A stretch of 63,958 nt of DNA, the filler included, from Octopus bimaculoides (taxonomy: Eukaryota), in the NCBI RefSeq assembly GCF_001194135.2. It is 6 parts of 6 records of this genome, joined end to end, with 100 filler letters (N's around TTAATTAATTAA, not from the genome) between each part and the next. Parts side by side here need not be neighbours in the genome. Positions count along the whole stretch, not along the records: positions 36,022 to 54,561 come from NC_068990.1; positions 54,662 to 61,147 come from NC_068987.1; positions 61,248 to 62,565 come from NW_026307948.1; positions 62,666 to 63,958 come from NC_069007.1; 2 more parts are not named here. One strand, given 5' to 3'. A model generated the notes under the pieces. That model was not told the DNA's origin and searched no databases. It saw only the letters and a list, made by a program, of their open reading frames with translations. A program made the position numbers and the translations under genes. Shown here in pieces: positions 52,431 to 63,405 of this stretch (position 1 is the first letter of the stretch; each line of letters begins with the position of its first letter).

Positions 52431-52485
<55 letters not shown>

Positions 52486-53230
52486 ACAGGTATTTATTTC
52501 ATTAATCGAAGCTGGATGAAAGTTCAAGCTGCTGATAATAGGATTTGAACCCAGAACACTGAAATTTTTATTTTATTTTATGTTTTGAGTTCATATTCTG
52601 TTATAAATAAAATTTTAGCTACAGAGTGTTTTGGAAATTTTCAGTTTTTGTGCTGGTTATGAACTTTATAAGGTAAATATTTTTCTTGTAAACCATTATA
52701 GTGAGCTCTTGGTAAATTTACTCAAAACGAGTATGATTTTAGCTTTCCTGGATCAATAAAATAAATAACTGTATTATATTGTCAGTAATTCACTGATTCT
52801 CCTTCCTACAAATTTCTGGACTAATTTCAAAGGGAGAAATGAATATTTTGTGCATCTGATAACAAAGAAATATCAAAATGGTGATTCTTTAGTCTGTAAA
52901 AGGATGCTTTTGTGACCAATGCAATGATTATATTCAAGCTAACTATCATTTGAGCAACATAAATCTACTGGTTTTAGTTTCTATTTAAATTGTCTTATAT
53001 TGGTAAATATATTCTAGGTGAAAGAACGGCTAAAAAAGATGGGAATAATCCAGCCCATGAATATCTTTCTGCGACAAGAAGTGGACCGCATGCAAGTAGT
53101 TATTTCAACAGTTCGTAGCACGTTGGTCAACCTGAAACTTGGTATAGATGGTACAATCATCATCAATGAGAATCTTAGAGATGCTTTAGACAACATATTT
53201 AATGCAAGAGTGCCAGTCTCCTGGAAGAAG
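36312..53230 (+). CDS. DNAH5: Partial multi-exon gene (11 exons): axonemal outer-arm dynein heavy chain, DNAH5/DNAH8 family, AAA6 and C-terminal region; 5' and 3' exons not found in the window
   Basis: Spliced translation is continuous (1883 nt, phases match at all 10 introns). It contains family motifs [106 protein letters not shown] and [18 protein letters not shown]5 versus DNAH8 or another gamma-type paralogue cannot be resolved without phylogeny. Confidence 0.95.
37350..37658 (+). mobile_element. Family D repeat with the GGAAGGGCATCCAGC block duplicated; ends about 90 nt before exon B
   Basis: Two copies of gtggttgg...ggaagggcatccagc and a (GAT)n tail. Confidence 0.75.
37749..37888 (+). 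CDS. DNAH5: Dynein heavy chain exon B (140 nt)
   Basis: tgtag|gagga...gataag|gtaaga; [47 protein letters not shown]; absent from the ORF track. Confidence 0.93.
37967..38360 (-). mobile_element. SINE family A, full length, apparently young
   Basis: Close reverse complement of 118-522. Confidence 0.92.
38491..38604 (+). repeat. 26-bp purine-rich minisatellite, about 4.4 units
   Basis: Unit GGAAGGGGTGATGGATGAATAAGGAA. Confidence 0.9.
39358..39907 (-). mobile_element. Two adjacent family A SINE pieces, probably mis-joined across a short gap
   Basis: Old head 39358-39445, young tail 39447-39697, young head 39826-39907. Confidence 0.75.
40574..40741 (+). CDS. DNAH5: Dynein heavy chain exon C (168 nt)
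   Basis: gtgaag|gcctgg...cctcag|gtgtgt; [56 protein letters not shown]. Confidence 0.94.
41165..41370 (-). mobile_element. SINE family B, CpG-decayed
   Basis: tggcacaaagccagcaaatt...aggatgaaaggcaaagtc...ttgaactcagaa. Confidence 0.8.
42044..42179 (+). CDS. DNAH5: Dynein heavy chain exon D (136 nt)
   Basis: ttacag|tttgct...atga|gtaagt; [45 protein letters not shown]. Confidence 0.95.
43586..43890 (+). mobile_element. SINE family C with tail T1, CpG-decayed
   Basis: gtgtggcttagtggttagggtatt...gagttcaattccc head; gtgtccttgagcaagacacttt body. Confidence 0.85.
44308..44447 (+). CDS. DNAH5: Dynein heavy chain exon E (140 nt), AAA6 motifs
   Basis: ttgcag|aatgt...gtcact|gtaagt; [47 protein letters not shown]. 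Confidence 0.95.
44645..44965 (-). mobile_element. RTE-clade LINE 3' end with (CAAG)n-like tail
   Basis: [41 protein letters not shown] matches the typical RTE RT C-terminal pattern. Confidence 0.75.
45137..45403 (+). mobile_element. Family D repeat
   Basis: Two GTGC.GGTGGCAC.TAAAA units, GGAAGGGCATCCAGC block and (GAT)n tail. Confidence 0.85.
45672..45836 (+). CDS. DNAH5: Dynein heavy chain exon F (165 nt)
   Basis: ttcaag|gtgact...acgcag|gtaacg; [55 protein letters not shown]. Confidence 0.95.
46053..46247 (+). CDS. DNAH5: Dynein heavy chain exon G (195 nt)
   Basis: atgcag|gagcaa...aagaaa|gtaagt; [65 protein letters not shown]. Confidence 0.96.
47805..47955 (+). CDS. DNAH5: Dynein heavy chain exon H (151 nt)
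   Basis: ttatag|ggagtt...tatactg|gtatga; [51 protein letters not shown]. Confidence 0.96.
48118..48545 (-). mobile_element. SINE family A, CpG-decayed
   Basis: Full tail-to-head match to family A. Confidence 0.85.
48895..49172 (-). mobile_element. SINE family C with tail T1
   Basis: gatcaacagaacagcctgc...gtgacaaggctgaccctttgaa...ccctaaccactaagccatgcacc. Confidence 0.85.
49405..49516 (+). CDS. DNAH5: Dynein heavy chain exon I (112 nt)
   Basis: taacag|gttac...attac|gtaaga; [38 protein letters not shown]. Confidence 0.95.
50059..50462 (+). mobile_element. SINE family A, full length, apparently young
   Basis: Close match to 118-522. Confidence 0.92.
50941..51338 (-). mobile_element. SINE family A, full length, apparently young
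   Basis: Inverted relative to 50059-50462; ends 80 nt before exon J. Confidence 0.92.
51418..51574 (+). CDS. DNAH5: Dynein heavy chain exon J (157 nt)
   Basis: tttcag|atatca...tttgag|gtaaat; [52 protein letters not shown]. Confidence 0.95.
51601..51805 (-). mobile_element. Family D repeat, diverged
   Basis: tccatgctggcatgggttggacg...ctggatgctcttcctaatgccaaccact. Confidence 0.75.
52020..52480 (+). mobile_element. Family D repeat, longest copy, with internal ~65-bp tandem units and a long (GAT)n tail
   Basis: Units at 52129-52192, 52193-52259 and from 52260. Confidence 0.88.
53018..53230 (+). CDS. DNAH5: Dynein heavy chain exon K (213 nt), Dynein_C region
   Basis: ttctag|gtgaaa...aagaag|gttagt; [71 protein letters not shown]. 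Confidence 0.95.
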
Positions 53231-54193
53231 GTTAGTCAACAGTAAATCATTGTTTGAAGTATTACTAATGCTAGATGTTATTCCATTAGTAGTAAAACTA
53301 AATTGAAGTATAAAACTATTTTCAAATGAAATTAGCATCCACAGGAATAAATTGAGTTACCAAAGTGACAAAAATCAATGACTCCTTTTTAATTTCTGAT
53401 TAACCTAGTAGATTTAACTTAACAGAGCAGTTTAGTTTACAGGGAAGTAATGCAATTGTTATTTTTTCTTAGCTTGCAATACTGAGCTCAAACTTTCAAA
53501 TAGACCTTATTGAAATAGTTGGGGACAACTTCAGTTTATATTCAAATTATCATATAATGTGCATAATAGTGAAGTTTCATTGGTTTTTCTGATAACCTAG
53601 TGGATTCTATTTTATTACATATCATTGTAATAAATACCAAAGAAAAGTAATAGGATGAATTCAAATGTGAAATAGAAAACTTAAGCAAGGATGTATTTTT
53701 ACGAAATAAGAAATTTTCAGACCAAAATAAGCAATACAAAGCTTGTGACTGAATACAAACTGAGATCTGACGAGAGAAAAATCTACCGTCATGTATTGAC
53801 AACCTTTTCATTTTCCCAAAATATTAATGGAGTAAAATTCAATAACAAAAATATCTGAAGTAATATCATTGAGAAAAATAAATTACAATTCTTCGTAACC
53901 CAATATTTATTTCAACTCCAATGATAATTTTTGTGAAAGCTAGATTGCAATCATTTGCTTCTGAATCTGTATGTATAATATACATGCACACATGCATGCA
54001 CACATTACACATGCATCCTTGCATGCATGCGCACACACACATTTTAAACATATGCACTGTTTGTATTTCACTTCAGCTTTATAATCAATTTATTAGTAGC
54101 ATGATATTTCCAGAAAACAACAATTTTTTTAACACAGAGTTTAACAGCAGGAATCTTGTGCAAACAATCCTCAAGGAATATATATATATATAT

Positions 54194-54561
54194 CGCGGGA
54201 GATATCTACCAGCATGTCTCGGGAGTGGCCATGGGGACGAGGATGGGCCCCAACTACGCGAACCTCTTCGTTGGTTATGTTGAGGCCCAAATATTCTCCA
54301 GTTTCACTGGTCCTACTCCCGAACTATACGGTCGGTATATCGACGACTGTATCGGTGCCACCTCACTCTCCCGCGAACATCTTGACTCGTTCCTCTCTTT
54401 CGTTCAGTCTTTCCATCCTGCCCTCCACTTCTCCTGTACTGTCTCTGACACCTCTGTCCCCTTTCTCGACATTTCGGTCAGCATCCTCCACTCCGCCCTT
54501 AGCACCTCCATCCACTACAAACACACAGACTCACACTCCTATCTCAACTTCTCCTCCTCCC
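54194..54561 (+). mobile_element. Penelope-like reverse transcriptase fragment with intact reading frame
   Basis: YQHVSGVAMGTRMGPNYANLFVGYVE..YGRYIDDCIG..FHPALHFS..VPFLDISV..IHYKHTDSHSYLNFSS; GC-rich; truncated by the scaffold end. Confidence 0.92.
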
Positions 54562-54661
54562 NNNNNNNNNNNNNNNNNNNNNNNNNNNNNNNNNNNNNNN
54601 NNNNNTTAATTAATTAANNNNNNNNNNNNNNNNNNNNNNNNNNNNNNNNNNNNNNNNNNNN
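54562..54661. other. Artificial scaffold-joining spacer
   Basis: 44 N + TTAATTAATTAA (54606-54617) + 44 N. Confidence 0.95.
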
Positions 54662-54763
54662 GTACCTACAGTTTGTTTTTGTAGATTAGATATATTAATT
54701 AGAAACATCTACCTGTTCATGTTTTGTTGTTTTATTGCACATTTTAATATTTTTGATAATATT

Positions 54764-54819
<56 letters not shown>

Positions 54820-55043
54820 CCTCTCTCTTTCTGTCTTTCTCTCGCCTTCTTGCTGATTAATATCTTATCAACTGGTTTTCTCTTTCTCTGTGTATTTATT
54901 TACTTACATACACACGCCCACACAAACACATATACCTATATATATATACATATACACACGCACACATAACTATATGTGTATGCCTGTCTCATGTGCGTAT
55001 GTATATATGCATATATTATATATTGGTGGTGTTTTATCATATA

Positions 55044-55460
55044 AAGGCGGCGAGCTGGCAGAATCGTTAGCACGCCGGATGAAATGTTTAGTAACATTTC
55101 GTCCGTCTTAATGTTTTCAGTTCAAATTCCACCGAGATTGACTTTGCTTTTCATCCTTTCGGGATCGATAAAATAAGTACCAGTTGAACACTGGAATCAA
55201 TGTAATTGACTCATCCCCTCCCCACGGAAATTGATGAAGGAGAAGGTGGTGAGCTGGTAGAAGTGTTAGCATGTTGGACAAAATGCTTAGCGGTATTTTG
55301 CCCGTTGCTACGTTCTGAGTTCAAATTCCGTCCAGGTCGACTTTGCCTTTCACCCTTCCGGGGACGATAAATTAAGTACCATTGATACACTGGGGTCGAT
55401 GTAATAGACTAGTCCCCTCACACCAATTTCAGGCCTTGTGCCTTTTGTAGAATGGATTAT
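55044..55460 (+). mobile_element. Two tandem family B SINEs ending in (TTA)n
   Basis: Heads at 55044 and 55243; tail gccttgtgccttttgtagaatgg(att)n. Confidence 0.88.
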
Positions 55461-55482
55461 TATAATTATAATTATTATTATA

Positions 55483-56147
<665 letters not shown>

Positions 56148-56305
56148 TTATGTTTGACTTTTGCTTTGCATTTGTACAAGTTGTATCCAATTCTCACCCA
56201 GAGACCTCAATAGACAACAAGTTAGAAGTTCATGTAGGTGTTATGCCTAGGGTACCATATATTGGGATTTGTACATAGTGTTGTTCTCGAGAATGTTTAA
56301 GAAAC

Positions 56306-56306
<1 letters not shown>
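56148..56306 (-). mobile_element. Probable second Dong-like 3' UTR fragment in (TAA)n
   Basis: Reverse complement ends gaggtctctgggtgagaattgg...aaagcaaaagtcaaacataaa(aat)n, loosely resembling the 3' end of the 11510-12365 element; no protein motif. Confidence 0.55.
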
Positions 56307-56369
<63 letters not shown>

Positions 56370-57030
56370 GTCATCATTATTGTCGATAAGGCGGCAAACT
56401 AACCAGAATTCTTAGCTCATCAAAAACACTATTTCAGAGTATTTCTTCTGACTCATAACATTCTGAGATCAAATCCCATTTTTAACACGTAATGTTCGTT
56501 TATCAACACAATACATACACGATTATGACCTTTGAGAAAGATATTCTTGGTGCATCTCAAGGCCTGTTAATTACCTCACCTTCCACTCTGTAGCCAGGTA
56601 TTATAATTCCTTGCCAAGAATATTTCTACGAACTTTGCAGTAATCTCTCATCTGTCACTCTCAACCAATTTGGCTCTCAAAGAATCATCTCTACTGATAA
56701 GTCCATTACATTTGCTTCTCCATTTTGCTTCCAATTTCTTATTGCAGACAACGCAAAATGCTACTCCCAGATTTTCATTCTAGATATCACCCGTACCTTA
56801 ATTCTAGACCTCTGCTACTTCACCCTACGCACACACTGTCAGTAAGTATGGAAATGTCTATGAGTAGTTCAGTTAAACAAGATAAACGGTTTATCTGAAA
56901 GTGATTCTTCTATTCATCTCAAATACTTAAATTATTTTCTACAGGTCTATTTGTTCTGATGGCCGGGTCCCAATCAAGAGAGGGACAATATTTTGAAACT
57001 TTTAAAAGAATAAAACAATATATCGTATAT

Positions 57031-57403
57031 CTTTAACGTGTTTCAGATATTAAACTGCAGCTATGCTTGGACACCATCCTGAAGGGCTTTAGTCGAACAA
57101 GTCGACCCTAGAACTTACCTTACTTTTAAGCCTGATATCATTTTATCGGTCTCTTAAGCCAAACGACCAAGTTATCGGAACCGAAACAGGCCAACAACGG
57201 TTGCCAGCAGTGGTGGGGTGGGACAACTCAAAGACAGCAACACATAGATATTTATGCGGCAGGCTTCTTTTAATTACTGATTACCATATTCATTCACACG
57301 GTTTTGGTCGAGCCGAGACCATAGGAGAATTTGCCAAGGTGCTGTGCAGCGGAACTGAACTTGGAATGAAGTGATTGAGAAGCAAATTTCTTTGACACAC
57401 ACA
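57031..57403 (-). mobile_element. Old family A SINE
   Basis: Degenerate tail-to-head match. Confidence 0.7.
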
Positions 57404-57944
57404 NNNNNNNNNNTATATATACATATACTTGAAAAAACTATATGATATTGTTCTACACCTGCTATGATTGGCGGTGTATACATCATCAGGCACTCAATAG
57501 AGTTCTTCCCATTCAGTCTTGAGTCAAGACAAATTACGTTCGTCGTAATCATCCTTAATTCATACTATATTCTTATTCAATAATTAGGTAACTAATAAAG
57601 GAATAATGTCGAGACACAATGTCTGAAGGAAAGACTTTCCACCTGTTTATGCCCCGAGTACACATCGATTTCCGCCCACAACTATTTCCTCCCGCCACAC
57701 CCAAGTATGTGACCTTCTGCTATTACTGGAAACATATTGCTTTTTAATTAGAGAAATATATAGGTCAACGTAATTCAATAAAACATACCGTGATTCATCA
57801 CTTGAAACAAACAGGATTTATTACAGAGTATGTATGCATGCATATATGTATGTATGCATGTATGTATGTATGTATGTATGTATGTATGTATGTATGTATG
57901 TATGTATGCATGTATGTATGTATGTATGTATGTATGTATGTATG

Positions 57945-57979
<35 letters not shown>

Positions 57980-58027
57980 TTATTTATTTATTTATGTGTT
58001 TCAGCCAAGTGGCTGCGGTCATGCTGG

Positions 58028-58111
<84 letters not shown>

Positions 58112-58176
58112 AGATAGATAGATAGATTGATACATATATGTGTATTTTTGTGCACACATACATGTATATTTATACA

Positions 58177-58226
<50 letters not shown>

Positions 58227-58598
58227 TCTCTTTTATATATATATGCGGCTAGCCAGAAGTCACCCGACAGTAAATGGTAATTCCATAAATGATATCTGTA
58301 ATTCTGTTTTGACTCGAATGTATATATGCGCCACTNNNNNNNNNNNNNNNNNNNNNNNNNNNNNNNNNNNNNNNNNNNNNNNNNNNNNNNNNNNNNNNNN
58401 NNNNNNNNNNNNNNNNNNNNNNNNNNNNNNNNNNNNNNNNNNNNNNNNNNNNNNNNNNNNNNNNNNNNNNNNNNNNNNNNNNNNNNNNNNNNNNNNNNNN
58501 NNNNNNNNNNNNNNNNNNNNNNNNNNNNNNNNNNNNNNNNNNNNNNNNNNNNNNNNNNNNNNNNNNNNNNNNNNNNNNNNNNNNNNNNNNNNNNNNNN

Positions 58599-58780
58599 AT
58601 GTTTGTGCCTGTGTTTGTCAACCCCCTAGCATCGCTTGACAACCGATCTAGTGGTTCAGCCAAATAGACCGATAGAATAAGTACAAGGCTTACAAAGAAT
58701 AAGTCCTGGAATCGATTTGTTCATCTAAAGGTGTTGGTCTAGCATCGCCTCCGTCAAATGACTGAAACAAGTAAAAGAAT

Positions 58781-58781
<1 letters not shown>
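58599..58781 (+). mobile_element. SINE family A, 3' half
   Basis: catcgcttgacaaccg...gactgaaacaagtaaaagaat. Confidence 0.85.
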
Positions 58782-58826
<45 letters not shown>

Positions 58827-59065
58827 GGAGAGAGAGATGAATGGATAGAGGAATGAAAGAATTATTTTTGTCTGCTATGTTCCGTTAGGAATTCTGTATT
58901 ATGATCTCCTCAAATTGACAAGTAAATATTAGTATTTTCTAGAATGTCGTCAAAAATATGACATAAATAAATGGCTATTTTATGCAAACATAACAAAAGC
59001 ATGTCTACCCACACGTATACACGCTCGTATACACGTATAGTCACAAAACAGTGGACGTGTAAAGA

Positions 59066-59375
59066 TAAAGGTAAAGACCCCTTTCGGTCATGAATGACAA
59101 TAGGTTTGCGCCAAGAAATTTCACCTCCGAGGCAGAAGTCCGAGTAAGGTTGTTTATGGAAGCCCAGCTGTCGCCCATGCATACGAGCCTTCCCTCTCCA
59201 CGCCACTGATGCTGTTCAAGGGAAAGGCAAAGGGGCCGATGTAGCTTGGCACCAGTGCCGTTGCAACTCATTTCTACAGCTGAGTGAACTGGAGCAACAT
59301 GAAATAAAGTGTCTTGCTCTAGAACACAATACACTGCTCGGTCCGGGAATCGAAATCACTTGTGAGCCCGACGCT
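59066..59375 (-). mobile_element. SINE family C with tail T2
   Basis: Homologous to 18113-18420. Confidence 0.82.
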
Positions 59376-60220
59376 TACGATACTTAAAAAGAAAATTGTG
59401 TACTTGGGTCAAGTCGTCCGACTAAAATACTTCTAGGCGGTGCTCAAACATGGCCACAATTTAATAATTAAAAGCGTAAAAGATCAAATACAAAAGCTAG
59501 ATATATATACATGCAAACCTGCATATGCACANNNNNNNNNNNNNNNNNNNNNNNNNNNNNNNNNNNNNNNNNNNNNNNNNNNNNNNNNNNNNNNNNNNNN
59601 NNNNNNNNNNNNNNNNNNNNNNNNNNNNNNNNNNNNNNNNNNNNNNNNNNNNNNNNNNNNNNNNNNNNNNNNNNNNNNNNNNNNNNNNNNNNNNNNNNNN
59701 NNNNNNNNNNNNNNNNNNNNNNNNNNNNNNNNNNNNNNNNNNNNNNNNNNNNNNNNNNNNNNNNNNNNNNNNNNNNNNNNNNNNNNNNNNNNNNNNNNNN
59801 NNNNNNNNNNNNNNNNNNNNNNNNNNNNNNNNNNNNNNNNNNNNNNNNNNNNNNNNNNNNNNNNNNNNNNNNNNNNNNNNNNNNNNNNNNNNNNNNNNNN
59901 NNNNNNNNNNNNNNNNNNNNNNNNNNNNNNNNNNNNNNNNNNNNNNNNNNNNNNNNNNNNNNNNNNNNNNNNNNNNNNNNNNNNNNNNNNNNNNNNNNNN
60001 NNNNNNNNNNNNNNNNNNNNNNNNNNNNNNNNNNNNNNNNNNNNNNNNNNNNNNNNNNNNNNNNNNNNNNNNNNNNNNNNNNNNNNNNNNNNNNNNNNNN
60101 NNNNNNNNNNNNNNNNNNNNNNNNNNNNNNNNNNNNNNNNNNNNNNNNNNNNNNNNNNNNNNNNNNNNNNNNNNNNNNNNNNNNNNNNNNNNNNNNNNNN
60201 NNNNNNNNNNNNNNNNNNNN

Positions 60221-60538
60221 GATCAACGGAACAGCCTGCTCGTGAAATTAACGTGCAAGTGGCTGAGCACTCCACAGACACGTGTACCCTTAACGTAGTT
60301 CTCGGGGATATTCAGCGTGACACAGTGTGACAAGGCTGACCCTTTGAATTACAGGCACAACAGAAACAGGAAGAAAGAGTGAGAGAAAGTTGTGGTGAAA
60401 GAGTACAGCAGGGTACGCCACCATCACCCGCCGGAGCCTCGTGAGGCTTTAGGAGTTTTCGCTCAATAAACACTCACAACGCCCGGTCTGGGAATCGAAA
60501 TCGCGATCCTATGACCGCGAGTCTGCTGCCCTAACCAC
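60221..60538 (-). mobile_element. tRNA-derived SINE (C-prime body, tail T1), apparently young
   Basis: Close reverse complement of 33201-33567. Confidence 0.9.
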
Positions 60539-60784
60539 ATAATACATACATACATACATACATACAAAAATACCCTGTTGATGGTGTTGAAATTCCAATG
60601 AAGGAGCCTTGCATCTAGGTTAGAAAGCAACAATTTCCCTATTGGCAAGAAATCATGAAATAAAACTCAATAATAACGTGCATAGATACATACGTACATA
60701 CATACATACATACATACATAATACATACATATATAATACATACATGCATACATGCATGCATACATACATACATACATACATACA

Positions 60785-60815
<31 letters not shown>

Positions 60816-61112
60816 GTAGATATATACATTCGGGCAGGAACTTATACATATGTTCATATATTATATACATAGATATATACATTAAGGTGTGGTATAAGCC
60901 ACGTCATTATACTTTCCTTGGGATAAAACAAAACGAGAGGAAAGGAAAAAAAAGATTGATAAATAAATGAAGATTTTCTGGGTGGAGTAGTCTGAATTGA
61001 TTGATGAAAGAATGTTGGGAAATTCACATAATCCACATAAAAGCGTATTATATATATATACATATATATACACATATATATAAACACACACATATGTGCT
61101 TGTGTCTATATG

Positions 61113-61147
<35 letters not shown>

Positions 61148-61247
61148 NNNNNNNNNNNNNNNNNNNNNNNNNNNNNNNNNNNNNNNNNNNNTTAATTAAT
61201 TAANNNNNNNNNNNNNNNNNNNNNNNNNNNNNNNNNNNNNNNNNNNN
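61148..61247. other. Artificial scaffold-joining spacer
   Basis: 44 N + TTAATTAATTAA (61192-61203) + 44 N. Confidence 0.95.
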
Positions 61248-62565
61248 TTACCCTCAAACATTGTACTATTACCTAAACACTGATGCACTACAATCAGAAG
61301 TTATATCACCAGCGAGTATCAAATACGAATATGTTTCTGAATCTCTCAGAGTGATTTATGCAGTTGTAACACGATAAAGTGATAGTATGTTGTCAACTTA
61401 ATGTAGCAATCGCACGANNNNNNNNNNNNNNNNNNNNNNNNNNNNNNNNNNNNNNNNNNNNNNNNNNNNNNNNNNNNNNNNNNNNNNNNNNNNNNNNNNN
61501 NNNNNNNNNNNNNNNNNNNNNNNNNNNNNNNNCGATGCCCATCCGCCTTTGAAGACATATATATTTCAAGTGAAATACGTTCACTGATTTTTGAGAATAG
61601 AAATGATTAATTTCTAAATCTCTCAGAGAGATTTATGTAGTAGCAGCACGATGAAGTGATAGTATTACCTAGGACTAAATAACAGTAGCATTCTTCCCTT
61701 TCATGGGACTGTNNNNNNNNNNACCTAGGACTAAATAACAGTAGCATTCTTCCCTTTCATGGGACTGTCACAATAAGTTGACAACATACTAACAAATATA
61801 ATACAAAATGTTTCAATGCAAGGAAATGTGGGAAGACGGAGTGATTGCTAAACATATTAGNNNNNNNNNNTAAAGTGTTATTTCCCAATATGAACATAAA
61901 AGACTTATGAACCGACTTAAAAAATGAGGTTTACTGAGGAAACAGTCACAACAAACGAAATTCCGATGGAAGACTTTTATGGTACGTTTGATGTACCAAC
62001 ACCTAAACCATTCGTGGTAATTNNNNNNNNNNTGGTACGTTTGATGTACCAACACCTAAACCATTCGTGGTAATTACACGTTTAAGTTCGAGAAAAAGTA
62101 AACGGACAAAAGTAATTAAAATAGACCGTAAATGCAAGAAATATTAAACTACGAGCGGAGTTTAATTCTAGAGAAGGGGAAGTGTTATAGGAGAATGCTG
62201 ATCCCACATCACGTGACTGAAGGTGGACTAACCGAATGCNNNNNNNNNNCATCACGTGACTGAAGGTGGACTAACCGAATGCAATGAACAGGAACTGAGG
62301 GATCAGTCAGCGGTAGTTGACGGTGTTAGTTCGATCGTATTAGTTTACCATGTTAGTTCGACGTGTGTTGGTTTAACAGTCGTTTATTGAAAAGTGAATG
62401 NNNNNNNNNNGTATTGTACCTACGTTCGAGTAGCACAGAGTGCGTTCTGTTTTAATCCATATTTCAGCAAAAGGATATTTTAGATAACTACAACCGTCTA
62501 TTTATTTGTTTAATCCCATTCTACACTAAACGTATATACCCACGACATAACATTAGTAAATGGCA

Positions 62566-62665
62566 NNNNNNNNNNNNNNNNNNNNNNNNNNNNNNNNNNN
62601 NNNNNNNNNTTAATTAATTAANNNNNNNNNNNNNNNNNNNNNNNNNNNNNNNNNNNNNNNNNNNN
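62566..62665. other. Artificial scaffold-joining spacer
   Basis: 44 N + TTAATTAATTAA (62610-62621) + 44 N. Confidence 0.95.
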
Positions 62666-62699
62666 ATATAGAATGCATGTGGTTGTCTGTGTATGTGTT

Positions 62700-62743
<44 letters not shown>

Positions 62744-62744
<1 letters not shown>

Positions 62745-63405
62745 CTTTTATAAGGCCATATAGGCCAAGAAAACTCAGACAGGGGAAAATCTTAGGGTTT
62801 AACCCACCTTATAGCATGAATGTAGCCATTAACATAGCTAGGAGACTCTTAAAATTAAAAGATAAGCACTTCCTACATTCACACAAAAACCAGATCTTCA
62901 ACGGAAACACTGTAAAATTTAGCTATAGTTACCTCCCCAACATAGGGTCGATAATACTCAACCACAATAAAGCTAAACACACCATAAATACCCCTGAAAG
63001 ACACTGTAACTATAGATCTTCAAAGAACTGCCTTCTAAATAATAGCTGCCTGGAAAAAGAACTTATATACAAGGCAAATATCATGGATCTCAATGGAATG
63101 ACAAACACGGATATTAGAATGACAGGCAACTTGTTCAAAAGAAAAAGCTACACACGACACCTGGTGTCATTTAGAGACAAAAATAAAAGATATGCATCAT
63201 CCCTATTCAATATGATATCGACATTGAAAGAAGGAGGAGTAAGTGTAAGCGACCCCTAAATAACATGGAACATGATTGTTTAAGCCAGAAAATACAGGGG
63301 ACAAGTACCAAATGTGAACTCTATATCACTGAAAAGCTAAATATAATCCAGTGAACAGATAACATTTTAAATATTAGGGATGAAACCTTCTCTCCCTGCA
63401 TACAG
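62744..63405 (+). mobile_element. Decayed Penelope-like element: post-RT linker and GIY-YIG region
   Basis: KILGFNPPYSMNVAINIARRLLKL.DKHF..IFNGNTVKFSYSYLPNIGSII..HN, CNYRSSKNCLLNNSCL..LIYKA, FKRK..HLVSFR; begins at (TA)n. Confidence 0.85.

Noticed and set aside
61665-62285. Three short direct repeats each split by 10 Ns (about 61667/61723, 61979/62033, 62209/62250)
   Set aside because: Overlapping contig ends across placeholder gaps; not a real tandem array and not CRISPR-like.
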